Shown here: positions 38,941-47,919 of the stretch, in pieces
Numbering within the stretch: position 1 is the first letter of the stretch
Layout of the letters: the number at the start of each line of letters is the position of its first letter
The notes under the pieces: generated by a model
Seen by the model: only the letters and a program-made list of their open reading frames with translations
Databases searched by the model: none
What the model was told of the DNA's origin: nothing
Translations under genes and position numbers: made by a program
Origin: Limisphaerales bacterium
Lineage (GTDB): Bacteria > Verrucomicrobiota > Verrucomicrobiia > Limisphaerales > SIBE01
Length of the DNA: 56,289 bases
Direction of reading: 5' to 3'
NCBI GenBank assembly: GCA_044225505.1
Contig: JBGAIN010000035.1
Coordinates: forward strand, 1-56,289

Positions 38941-40461
38941 TTAGCCAGCCTTGCTCTCGTCGACAACCAGGTACCGCGTTCCACCGCGGCTCCAGATCCG
39001 GAGCAAAATTCGCTTTTCTTTGATCTTGTCGCTTAACTCAACGGCTTCATCGGCACTCTGGACGGGTTTCCTATTGATTTCTAGAATGATGTTTCCTTCG
39101 CGCAGTCCCGCTTCGTAAGAAGCGGAGTTTTCGTCCACGTGTGCAACCAAGGCACCTTTGAGATTCGCAGGCAGCCCTAGTTGTCGCCGCGCCGCGGCAT
39201 CAATGTCACTGACCGTGACGCCGTCCAAGGCATCACTGGTCGATTCCTTTTCTGCGGAATCGCGTTTTGCCAAAGCGTCGTCTTTAGGAAATTCTTTGAG
39301 AACGACGTCAAGGGTCTTAGTGTCACCGTCTCGAATGTATTTGACCGGAACTTTGGTTCCCGGCGCGATTTGAGCCGCCTGCAGCTTAAGATGCCGGCTA
39401 TCCTTGACCGTCTTCCCATTGAACTCGGTGATAACGTCGCCACTCTTCAATCCTGCTTTTTCGGCCGGACTCTTAGGCGTCACCTCAGCAACGAGGGCAC
39501 CAGAAGTTCCATCGGCCAAGCCGAATTCTTTCGCTAGGCTTGGCGTGACATCCTGAATATTGACGCCCATGTACCCACGTATGACGCGGCCGTTCTTAAT
39601 CAGGCTTTCCATAATACTGCGCGCAAGATTGCTCGGAATGGCAAATCCGATTCCCTGGTTGCCACCACTGCGGCTGAGAATTGCCGTATTGATCCCGACT
39701 AACCGTCCATCGCCGTCAACCAACGCTCCGCCAGAGTTGCCCGGATTAATGGCAGCGTCCGTTTGGATGAAATCTTCATAATCCAATCCGAGAGTCGCAC
39801 GTCCCGTCGCACTAACGATCCCCATGGTCACCGTTTGCCCGATACCGAACGGGTTCCCAACGGCGAGGACAAGGTCGCCGACCTCAATCTTGTCGCTATC
39901 CGCGAGAGACAACGGCGCCAGGTCGCTGGCGTCAACTTTCAGGACGGCAACGTCACTCTTGGAATCCGTTCCGACCATTTTTGCAGTCAATTCGCGACCG
40001 TCGTTCAACCCGATCTTGATTTCGTCTGCGTTTTCGACGACGTGATTGTTGGTCAAGATGTAACCGTCCTTGGTGACGATGACGCCAGAGCCCAAGCCGT
40101 ATTGCTTCGGTGCTTGAAAGCCGCGGCGTCCGCCTTCTTCCTGGCCCTCTTCGCCAAACCAGCGACGGAAGAACGGGTCGTCCAAGAACGGCATCCGCTG
40201 CTGCTGCTTGGCTTTCGTGGTCGTAAACACTTTGACGACGCTCGGAGCCACCTGCTTGACGACAGGAGCAAAGCTCATGACCGGCTTGCCGTCACGTTGG
40301 ACGGGCGCATTATCAACGACCAAATGAACTTTTGCCGAGGAATGACCCGATGAAGATTCTCCTAAACGGCTGAACGCCAGACTGGAACCTGCCACGATAA
40401 GCGCGCTTCCCAACAGGGCGGCGCGCATCCAGGAGGAGATTTGATGCATTTTATGTTTCAT
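38941..40461 (-). CDS. degP: Do/DegP-type periplasmic serine protease with 2 PDZ domains
   Basis: TNNHV, DVAVL, GNSGG catalytic triad motifs; two PDZ domains; signal peptide. Confidence 0.93.
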   Translation of the reverse strand: MKHKMHQISSWMRAALLGSALIVAGSSLAFSRLGESSSGHSSAKVHLVVDNAPVQRDGKPVMSFAPVVKQVAPSVVKVFTTTKAKQQQRMPFLDDPFFRRWFGEEGQEEGGRRGFQAPKQYGLGSGVIVTKDGYILTNNHVVENADEIKIGLNDGRELTAKMVGTDSKSDVAVLKVDASDLAPLSLADSDKIEVGDLVLAVGNPFGIGQTVTMGIVSATGRATLGLDYEDFIQTDAAINPGNSGGALVDGDGRLVGINTAILSRSGGNQGIGFAIPSNLARSIMESLIKNGRVIRGYMGVNIQDVTPSLAKEFGLADGTSGALVAEVTPKSPAEKAGLKSGDVITEFNGKTVKDSRHLKLQAAQIAPGTKVPVKYIRDGDTKTLDVVLKEFPKDDALAKRDSAEKESTSDALDGVTVSDIDAAARRQLGLPANLKGALVAHVDENSASYEAGLREGNIILEINRKPVQSADEAVELSDKIKEKRILLRIWSRGGTRYLVVDESKAG

Positions 40462-40551
40462 ATTCGATCTACCATGTGATTCTTGTAAACTTCGTTGTGT
40501 TATCCTGGGGTTGAATGTGCATCCGTCTCGTTTCTGCAACCTTTCTGTAGA

Positions 40552-40567
40552 ATTACAGTTTTGTAAT
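40552..40567. promoter_or_regulatory. palindromic CusR/CopR-type operator ATTACA-N4-TGTAAT
   Basis: ATTACAGTTTTGTAAT about 90 nt upstream of degP, flanked by TTTCTGCAA/TTTCTGTAG half-site repeats spaced 11 nt apart. Confidence 0.65.
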
Positions 40568-40586
40568 GTTTCATCCGCTCGTGTAC

Positions 40587-40620
40587 CAAAAGAAAAGGGA
40601 CGGCCAGGCCGTCCCTTTTA
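40587..40620 (-). terminator. rho-independent terminator of the Spy-like gene
   Basis: Minus strand AAAAGGGACGGCC-T-GGCCGTCCCTTTTCTTTT. Confidence 0.85.
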
Positions 40621-40651
40621 CAACGTTGCTAGGTAGATTGTTTGTTCTCGG

Positions 40652-41119
40652 TTACTTCTTGTCGGCATTTGAGTTGGAGCTGCTCTCGCCGCCTTGACGA
40701 GGACCGCGCGGACCTCGTCCCATTCCACCTTCGCGGGACTTCTTGAGTTCTTCAAACTGTTCGGTCGTCAAGATAGGTTTCATTTTGGCCAGGTATTGCT
40801 CGCGAAGTTCACGGACCTTGTCCCGTCGTTGTTCCGCAGTGAGAGCAGTATCCTGCCGAAGATCTCGCAGTTTGCTGATCTCCTCCTGGTAGATCGGTTG
40901 AAGCTTTGTCTTCTGTTCATCAGTGAGCTTTAGGCGTTCCGCAACGCGCTCGAAGGAATTCGCTCCTCCAGGGCCACGTCGCTCGCGCTGCCCAGCCGCC
41001 GGACGTTCTGGTTTAGCGTCACTCTTTTGATCTTTGCTGTCCTGGCCTCGAGTCATCGGCGCGACTGCGAGAAAGGCCAACGTAAGCGCTGTAATGAGGC
41101 TTGATTTTGATAAGTTCAT
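40652..41119 (-). CDS. Spy/CpxP-like periplasmic protein (LTxxQ motifs)
   Basis: Signal peptide; LKLTDEQ, LTAEQ, ILTTEQ; G/R-rich disordered flanks. Confidence 0.8.
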   Translation of the reverse strand: MNLSKSSLITALTLAFLAVAPMTRGQDSKDQKSDAKPERPAAGQRERRGPGGANSFERVAERLKLTDEQKTKLQPIYQEEISKLRDLRQDTALTAEQRRDKVRELREQYLAKMKPILTTEQFEELKKSREGGMGRGPRGPRQGGESSSNSNADKK

Positions 41120-41178
41120 AAATGTTACTTTGATTTTCTATGGTTGCCGTCTCGATGCTTCGACCACGGCGTTCGAAA

Positions 41179-41448
41179 TCACCAGACGAAGTTCGGGTTG
41201 GACTGGTTACACCAGAGCAAAACAACGAAGCTGACAACAATCCAAAATGCTACCACTGGGAGAACTCGAACCCTAAACTCGCGCCACCAGATCCGCGCTG
41301 GCACCGGCAAGAATTGCGGCCTTACACTCGGAAGGATTGCCGCTGAGGACGCTATATGACGCGTGGTCCGGCCTTTGGGCGCTGTCGCGGCATCTCGTCT
41401 GCCCAATTCCCGGTGTCCTGGTCGCTTTTCCTCAACAGCCGAAATCAT
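41179..41448 (-). CDS. small membrane protein overlapping the ECF sigma stop (anti-sigma candidate)
   Basis: Basic N-terminus, single TM (WWREFRVRVLPVVAFWIVVSFVVLLW); start overlaps the sigma gene end. Confidence 0.45.
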   Translation of the reverse strand: MISAVEEKRPGHRELGRRDAATAPKGRTTRHIASSAAILPSVRPQFLPVPARIWWREFRVRVLPVVAFWIVVSFVVLLWCNQSNPNFVW

Positions 41449-42172
41449 AAGGCTTACTCTTGCACTGTTCCGCAAGTTTTTTCCACAGTTTCCTCATTTT
41501 ATTCCGGGCACGGAATGCTTTCACTTTGATTCGGGATACGGACCATCCAGTTCCTTGCCGAATCTGCTGAGTCGTTTTTTCCTCGAGATGCAATTGAGTC
41601 ACGATGAACCGTTCCTCCGGCTTCAAGCCGGCCAGTAGTTTCGAAAGCAATTCGTTGGCATCGGCGGCCGAGTCAGCGGCTGGCTCGTGAGCGGCGCTCA
41701 CCATAAACTCCACCGTCCCTTGATCCTCCATGTTGAGATCGCTCATTCTCAGTTCCGGGCGCCCTTTCTCTCTGCTGAGTTGACTCATGCAAGTGTTTAC
41801 CGCAATTCGCGACACCCAGTGTTCCAATGGGACTAAGCCGGAATACTGGTGAATTTTGCTGAAAACCTTGACGAAGACCGCCTGGGTCAGATCCTCGTCG
41901 CTGACATGCCGGGGACGGTGACACCGAACCGATCTGGCGATGGTGGGATGTAGTCTCTCAATCAAAGCGCTCGCGGCTTCTTGGTCTCCATCTTGCACTC
42001 GCCGAACCCAAGCGACATCTTCATGCCGAATCGCCTCGGCTGCTCCTGACCTTGTGGTCTCTTTGGTTGTAGTCGGCGTGTCGGATCTCGCTCGCGGAGT
42101 CGAAACCCGGCGCCGACGCCCTGCTTGAGTCACGTTCCGGGTTGCTAAAGGGAATTCGCTTTCAAGGTACAT
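41432..42172 (-). CDS. ECF (sigma-70 family group 4) RNA polymerase sigma factor
   Basis: Region 2 EDLTQAVFVKVF..WVSRIAVNTC; region 4 LKPEERFIV..VSRIKVKAFRARNKMR; start uncertain. Confidence 0.9.
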   Translation of the reverse strand: MYLESEFPLATRNVTQAGRRRRVSTPRARSDTPTTTKETTRSGAAEAIRHEDVAWVRRVQDGDQEAASALIERLHPTIARSVRCHRPRHVSDEDLTQAVFVKVFSKIHQYSGLVPLEHWVSRIAVNTCMSQLSREKGRPELRMSDLNMEDQGTVEFMVSAAHEPAADSAADANELLSKLLAGLKPEERFIVTQLHLEEKTTQQIRQGTGWSVSRIKVKAFRARNKMRKLWKKLAEQCKSKPYDFGC

Positions 42173-42273
42173 AGATCTCTTGCTCGCTGATACATGCGCA
42201 AGGTGAATCGAAGTTCCGCCAGAATTTCTGTAACCATTTGCCAACGGTCGCCAACGACTCCAGCTTGGTAGCG

Positions 42274-43734
42274 ATGGATGCTCTGAGTCAAATCTCAGTA
42301 TTCTGGCACTACGCGGCAGCAGCGATTACGGTGTTGGCTGCAGCTGCAACCTCGGCGCACGCCATTCTTTATAAACGGGACTCCCGCGCCGCATTGCTTT
42401 GGGTAGGTGTAATTTGGCTCGTTCCGCTATTGGGAAGTTTTCTCTACCTGACATTTGGCATAAACCGAATTAGACGGCGTGCGCAGTTTCTTCGCGGTGC
42501 ACTTGTCCGAACCGCGCATCGCCGTTCGGGCACGCGCACAGCCGTGCGAAAGACGGAAGGCGAAGCGGCGTTACCTGAGTGGGCGAGCTTGGAGGGTCTA
42601 CCGAAGGTCGTGGGCGGAATTGTCGGTAAGCCGCTGCTAATGAACAACTCTGTCGAACCCTTGGTTAACGGTGATGAGGCCTTTCCAGCGATGATGCAAG
42701 CAATGGAAGAAGCACGTCATTCCATTGCTTTGTCTACTTATATTTTCGACAGCGACTCTGTCGGGCGCCAGTTTGCTGAGACTCTCAGCCGCAAGGCTGC
42801 TGGAGGGGTGCAAGTGAGAGTCATCATTGATGACACAGGCGCGCGCTACTCCTTTCCGCCAATCGTCCATACACTGCGCAAGTCCGGAGTGACCGTTGCG
42901 CGGTTCCTTCCGACCCTGATGCCGTGGCGATTTATGTCGATCAACCTGCGCAATCATCGAAAGATTTTAGTTGTCGATGGCCGAACCGGGTTTACCGGCG
43001 GAATGAACATTCGCCATGGACACGTCCTAAAGGAAAAACCGAGCCATCCCACCCAGGATATCCACTTCCGCATGCGAGGTCCGATCGTCGCACAGATTCA
43101 AGAAGCTTTTGCGGACGACTGGTACTTTTGCACTCGCGAGATTTTGGTCGGTGAAAAATGGTTCCCACAGATCGACGACTCCGGTCCGGTAGCCGCCAGA
43201 GGTATCGCTGACGGGCCAGATGAAGATTTTGAAACATTTCGCTGGACGGTTCTCGGAGCTCTTTCCGCAGCGAAACGTTCTGTGCGGATTGTCACACCCT
43301 ATTTTCTTCCGGATTCAGCGATGATCACCGCGTTGAATCTAGCGGCCATGCGCGGTGTAGAGGTGGATATCATTCTACCCTCCAAGAGCAATTTGCCTTA
43401 CGTTCACTGGGCAACCTTTGCCCTGCTTTGGCAGGTGCTGCAGAGGGGGTGCCGGGTCTGGCTCACTCCGCCGCCGTTCGATCACTCCAAACTTCTGCTC
43501 GTCGACGGCTGCTGGTCCTTGGTCGGTTCGGCTAATTGGGACCCCCGCAGCTTGAGATTGAACTTCGAATTCAATGTCGAGTGCTATGATCTTGAATTGG
43601 TGTCGAGACTCGAGGATCTCGTCCACAAGAAGATCTTGATCGCGAACGAGCTAACCCTGAACGCGGTGAATGCTCGCCCTATCTTGATCCGATTGAGGGA
43701 TGGCGTACTTCGTCTATTTACTCCGCTGCTGTAA
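42274..43734 (+). CDS. cls: cardiolipin synthase (PLD family)
   Basis: N-terminal PLDc_N TM pair; two HKD motifs RNHRKILVVDG and HSKLLLVDG; GSANWDPRS..LNFE. Confidence 0.93.
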   Translation: MDALSQISVFWHYAAAAITVLAAAATSAHAILYKRDSRAALLWVGVIWLVPLLGSFLYLTFGINRIRRRAQFLRGALVRTAHRRSGTRTAVRKTEGEAALPEWASLEGLPKVVGGIVGKPLLMNNSVEPLVNGDEAFPAMMQAMEEARHSIALSTYIFDSDSVGRQFAETLSRKAAGGVQVRVIIDDTGARYSFPPIVHTLRKSGVTVARFLPTLMPWRFMSINLRNHRKILVVDGRTGFTGGMNIRHGHVLKEKPSHPTQDIHFRMRGPIVAQIQEAFADDWYFCTREILVGEKWFPQIDDSGPVAARGIADGPDEDFETFRWTVLGALSAAKRSVRIVTPYFLPDSAMITALNLAAMRGVEVDIILPSKSNLPYVHWATFALLWQVLQRGCRVWLTPPPFDHSKLLLVDGCWSLVGSANWDPRSLRLNFEFNVECYDLELVSRLEDLVHKKILIANELTLNAVNARPILIRLRDGVLRLFTPLL

Positions 43735-43741
43735 CTACCTA

Positions 43742-43980
43742 GCTATGCTATGACGCGACATGCGCTGCCCATGAGTCGCCGCGGTGCTATTGAATCGTGT
43801 TGAGCTAACCATGAGTGCTTTAGGCACCGTTCGAGCAATTTAAGCCAGCGATTCGATAATTTCGGTCCTGAACTCCCACGGCACACAAAGCCAATCCGCC
43901 GATGGCTAGCGTTGCATCGCGTCGCCTACTTGATCAGCCTTGCTCCGAGCCGTTGCCATTTGGATTGAAATGCTCGCCTG
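43742..43980. repeat. degenerate 5-bp-periodic (NNNYG) intergenic tract
   Basis: G, mostly as YG, recurs every 5 nt: 43742-43767, 43773-43783, 43792-43802, 43904-43924, 43932-43952, 43962-43972. Confidence 0.45.
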
Positions 43981-44025
43981 ATTCATCCAGATTTGTGGGC
44001 ATCGCCCCGCACGGGGGCGCGGAAA

Positions 44026-44101
44026 GGGCGATTGGCGCAGCGGCTAGCGCGTCTGCTTTACACGCAGTAGGTCGGGGGTTCGAATCCCTCATCGCCCACC
44101 A
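44026..44101 (+). tRNA. tRNA-Val(TAC)
   Basis: Acceptor GGGCGAT/ATCGCCC, D-stem GCGC/GCGC, anticodon loop TT-TAC-AC, T-arm GGGGG-TTCGAAT-CCCTC, encoded CCA; 76 nt. Confidence 0.96.
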
Positions 44102-44389
44102 CTTCTCAAATCACTTCCTGCTGAAGAGTGCGATTTATGATCTCACCAAATTACACGCCCGCTCCCAGCGCAAATCGACCACTCTCCTCCAATTCTGACC
44201 GACGCGCAGGCACCAACCTTTCACTGGTTGGTCGAATGTCCCTCGCGGCTCCTTCAAAGCAACATTGACTTCGGTCCGGAACTTGCGCTCGAGAGCCTTG
44301 AGAATGAGGATATTGAGTTCGACATAGGTGATTCCGAAGAGTATTCCTGGGCGGTCGTCGCATTGCTTTGCTCGCTAGGCGGGAACGCT

Positions 44390-45019
44390 ATGTGGAGAAT
44401 CATCGTCACAAGTGGAATTCAGCAAGGGCGCGCACTCCGCCTTCGACCTGGCTCAAACCGGATCGGGCGGAATCCCGAAAACGACCTGCAAATCCCTGAT
44501 TCTTCGATCTCCGCGGTCCACTGTGAAATCGTTGTTTCGAACAATGGCATCCTGGTTCGCGACCTGGGATCGACGAACGGAACGTTTATTGACGGCGTCC
44601 AAATCGGCGAGAGCATTGCGAAGCCAGGCCAAGCCCTGCAAACCGGGAATATCGAGTTTAAGCTTGACTGCTCCGAGGATCAAGACTCGGGAATCTCCGT
44701 GGCCGTCCCAGAACTCGTCATCGCCCCCCAAGCCTCCTCTTCTCTGCTGGAAGACGGTTCTCTTAGTTGCGCGAATCACGCTGGCCAAGCCGCAAGTTAT
44801 CAATGTAATCAATGCCGGCAAGGTCTGTGTGAGAACTGCGTCCGCATCATGCCGCGGATAACCGGTGACGTGATCATATTCTGTTCCCTGTGCAACAGCA
44901 CTTGCGAGACGATTCGAGCTATGAACGAGGGAACCACGGATTTGAAAAAGCCCGGTTTGTTTCGGCGACTGACCAAGACTTTGAAAGTCCAGTTCCGAAG
45001 GCGAGTCGATCCGCGCTAA
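44390..45019 (+). CDS. FHA domain protein with C-terminal B-box-like zinc finger
   Basis: IGRNPEN, SISAVHC, DLGSTNGTF; CANH..CNQC..LCENC..CSLC. Confidence 0.88.
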   Translation: MWRIIVTSGIQQGRALRLRPGSNRIGRNPENDLQIPDSSISAVHCEIVVSNNGILVRDLGSTNGTFIDGVQIGESIAKPGQALQTGNIEFKLDCSEDQDSGISVAVPELVIAPQASSSLLEDGSLSCANHAGQAASYQCNQCRQGLCENCVRIMPRITGDVIIFCSLCNSTCETIRAMNEGTTDLKKPGLFRRLTKTLKVQFRRRVDPR

Positions 45020-45068
45020 AGCACAGAATCTGATTGGCAAGATCCTGGAAAAGACGGAAGGATTTGCC

Positions 45069-46340
45069 GTGATCACTGATCGAGTCGCCGCTCTGAGGAA
45101 ATGCCCGTGGACGAATCTCTTCGCTTTTTTAACCCTGGTTTTCTGGGTCGAGACGAATCCTCTCACGGGCAACCAAGACGTGGAAAGTCCGGAGAAAACA
45201 CTAAACCGCCTGGACCTGCGTGTTCGGAACGGGATAGACGTCTTGGAAATGACGGATTTTGCAGCCCTGAATGGGCTGCGGGTCGGACTAATCACGAACC
45301 ATACGGGCTCTGACCGAGACCGTAATCCTACCATCGATCTGTTGCATTGCGCTCCTGGGGTCACTCTAAAGGCGCTCTTTAGCCCTGAGCACGGAATTCG
45401 TGGAGTACTTGACAGTAAGATTGGCGATAGCGTGGACGAGCAAACTGGCCTGCCCGTTTTCAGCTTGTATGGGGAGCGGCGCAGCCCGACTCCCGAGCAG
45501 TTGTGCGACTTGGACGCCCTGGTTTTCGACATACAGGACATCGGATGCCGATTTTACACGTACATCTCGACGATGGGACTTTGCATGGAGGCGGCGAGTC
45601 GGGCCAAAATCCGCTTTGTGGTGCTTGATCGCGTCAATCCGATTAACGGGATGCAAGTGGATGGCCCGATCCTCAGTGCCAGCACAAGTTTTACAGGATT
45701 CCATCCAATTCCTGTGCGTCATGGCATGACCGTTGGCGAACTCGCAGTGCTGTTCAATGTGGAACGTCATTCTCAGACGGACCTCATTGTGATCCCAATC
45801 CAAGGCTGGCGCAGGGAATTGTGGTTTGACGAGACGGGGCTGCCGTGGACGAATCCTTCGCCAAACATGCGGAGCCTGACGCAGGCGACTCTTTATCCGG
45901 GAGTGGGCCTTCTCGAAATGGCCAATATTTCTGTCGGTAGGGGAACAGGAACCCCATTTGAAGTGATCGGGGCGCCGTACATTGATGACCTGCGATTTGC
46001 CACAGAGTTGAATCGCTTCGCTTTACCAGGGGTTGGTTTTGTCCCGATTCGGTTCACGCCCACGGCCAGTACGTTTAAGGATAAGCCGTGCGGCGGAGTG
46101 GGCATCGTGATAAAGGACCGAGATCGATGCGCAGTTCTTGACATTGGGATCGCCGCCGCGTTGACGTTACGCCAACTTTATCCGAGTCAGTTTGAACTTG
46201 AGAAACTCAACAGACTTCTCGGTCACGCTCCCACGATTAAGGCCATCGAAAACGGGAAAACGCTCCGTGAGATCCGTGAAACCTGGCAACCTGACTTGGC
46301 CGATTTCGCCCGGCGCCGTGAAGCCTGTTTGCGCTATTGA
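45069..46340 (+). CDS. namZ: exo-beta-N-acetylmuramidase NamZ/YbbC (DUF1343)
   Basis: VGLITNHTG, LFSPEHG, FDIQDIGCRFYTY, RHGMTVGELA, PSPNM, SVGRGT. Confidence 0.9.
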   Translation: MITDRVAALRKCPWTNLFAFLTLVFWVETNPLTGNQDVESPEKTLNRLDLRVRNGIDVLEMTDFAALNGLRVGLITNHTGSDRDRNPTIDLLHCAPGVTLKALFSPEHGIRGVLDSKIGDSVDEQTGLPVFSLYGERRSPTPEQLCDLDALVFDIQDIGCRFYTYISTMGLCMEAASRAKIRFVVLDRVNPINGMQVDGPILSASTSFTGFHPIPVRHGMTVGELAVLFNVERHSQTDLIVIPIQGWRRELWFDETGLPWTNPSPNMRSLTQATLYPGVGLLEMANISVGRGTGTPFEVIGAPYIDDLRFATELNRFALPGVGFVPIRFTPTASTFKDKPCGGVGIVIKDRDRCAVLDIGIAAALTLRQLYPSQFELEKLNRLLGHAPTIKAIENGKTLREIRETWQPDLADFARRREACLRY

Positions 46341-46364
46341 GAACGGTTTTCGTGCTAGTGCTTG

Positions 46365-46814
46365 CTAAGGAAGCCGATATTCGGCACCACTTTGCCAGGG
46401 AATTTCCTGTCGATCCACGAACAGGACGCGGGGCAAAAGCTGAATCTGGTGATTGAACAAGTCGAGCACGATTGAGCCTGGGAGAAACGTCGTATCGAGG
46501 TAAACGACACGACCAAATGGCACGTTCGTGATGGGACTATTGAATATGATGCTCCGACTCGGCGTTGAAGGAGGGCCGCTCGTTTTGACAAAGGTGAACC
46601 TGACATCCGCGATTTTAAGTTTGGGCTGGGCCACGACGAGCTGAAGGTGTCCTTCGTTGTCCGATTGGAACGTAAGTTGCCATCCGCCCCGTCGGGTTCT
46701 TAGGTGTTCAACGGCAAAGAAGGCGACCGCGTAGACTAAGACAGCAGCGACCAAAGCCACCAGCCCATGCTTGACGAGGCTGTCGCGGGATTCTTGAGGA
46801 GGGCGGTTAATCAT
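46365..46814 (-). CDS. hypothetical membrane-anchored protein coupled to dprA
   Basis: N-terminal TM, beta-rich body; start overlaps dprA stop. Confidence 0.7.
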   Translation of the reverse strand: MINRPPQESRDSLVKHGLVALVAAVLVYAVAFFAVEHLRTRRGGWQLTFQSDNEGHLQLVVAQPKLKIADVRFTFVKTSGPPSTPSRSIIFNSPITNVPFGRVVYLDTTFLPGSIVLDLFNHQIQLLPRVLFVDRQEIPWQSGAEYRLP

Positions 46815-47919
46815 GCGTGAGTCGAACGAACAACTTGCCGGGAAGTTGCTTAATGGCGCGTTTCATTTCAAGTGCCAAAAGCGCAACAGCAACCGCTGAG
46901 CTTGGCAAACCACAATTGCGGATCACTTGGTCGATGTTCGACTCGGCGGTTCCGATCGCGTCGTAAACCATGCGTTCATTGTCAGAGAGTTCGAGGGCTG
47001 GCAAAACTCCCGTTGGACCGATGGCTTGAGGCTTCTGACTAGCGGGAAAAAGATACTCAAACTCGCTCAGGATATCTTCGACTCCTTCACAAAGCTTTGC
47101 ACCTTTCTTGATCAAATCGTGGCATCCTCGACTTCGGGGAGAGTCTATCCGCCCCGGCACCGCAAATAGGTGGCGCCCATTCTCCACTGCCATATTGGCA
47201 GTAATTAACGCTCCGCTCGTCAAGTTCGCTTCTACCACAACGGTCCCAAGGGTCATTCCCGCCACGATTCGGTTGCGGATCGGAAAGGATTGGCGGTCTC
47301 CGTTTCTGTTGAAAGGGAACTGCGTAATAATCGCCCCATTACCAGTGATACGTTCAAAAAGGTTGGCGTTTTCCGGTGGAACCACCACGTTTATTCCCGT
47401 TCCAAAGACGGCAACAGTTCGCCCTTTTCCTGAGAGGGCTCCTTGATGCGCTGCGGTGTCAATGCCGCGCGCACCGCCGCTAACGACCGTGACGCCGAGA
47501 GAAGCTAATTGATAACTCAACTTTCTGGAAACCTCCACTCCGTAGTGGGTGGTCATCCGCGAGCCAACAATGGCCACGCCATTCTTGTCTTTGGGCGTGA
47601 GCGTGCCTTTAACATATAGAACGAGTGGAGGATCATAGATATGGCGGAGTAACGGAGGGTAGTTGTCGTCGGCAGGAGTCAAGATATGGCAGCCAAAGTC
47701 TCGAATCCGACATATTTCGCCACACAAATCGATGTTTTCTTCCCAAGTTGCGATCGCCTGCGCCGTCTCCTCACCAATGCCCCCGACGCGGAGGAGTTGG
47801 TCTTTTCGAGCGCTTAGGATCGCTGGAGCATCTCCGAATGTTTCTAAGAGCTGACGGACCCGGACGGGGCCAACGTGTTCGATCATGTTTAACGCTAGGA
47901 ATGCTTCTTTGGCGTCCAT
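46807..47919 (-). CDS. dprA: DNA-processing protein DprA
   Basis: YPPLL..DPP, AIVGSR, VSGGARGIDTAAH, FPIRNRIVAG, SGALITA, VPGRID; C-terminal wHTH LLALEM..QLPG. Confidence 0.96.
   Translation of the reverse strand: MDAKEAFLALNMIEHVGPVRVRQLLETFGDAPAILSARKDQLLRVGGIGEETAQAIATWEENIDLCGEICRIRDFGCHILTPADDNYPPLLRHIYDPPLVLYVKGTLTPKDKNGVAIVGSRMTTHYGVEVSRKLSYQLASLGVTVVSGGARGIDTAAHQGALSGKGRTVAVFGTGINVVVPPENANLFERITGNGAIITQFPFNRNGDRQSFPIRNRIVAGMTLGTVVVEANLTSGALITANMAVENGRHLFAVPGRIDSPRSRGCHDLIKKGAKLCEGVEDILSEFEYLFPASQKPQAIGPTGVLPALELSDNERMVYDAIGTAESNIDQVIRNCGLPSSAVAVALLALEMKRAIKQLPGKLFVRLTHD

Noticed and set aside
44052..44068. T-T mismatch at the top of the tRNA-Val anticodon stem as a sign of a pseudo-tRNA
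   Set aside because: 27:43 mismatches are tolerated, and all other arms and the CCA end are intact
44026..44400. Island integrated at tRNA-Val
   Set aside because: No integrase or att duplication; flanking genes look chromosomal
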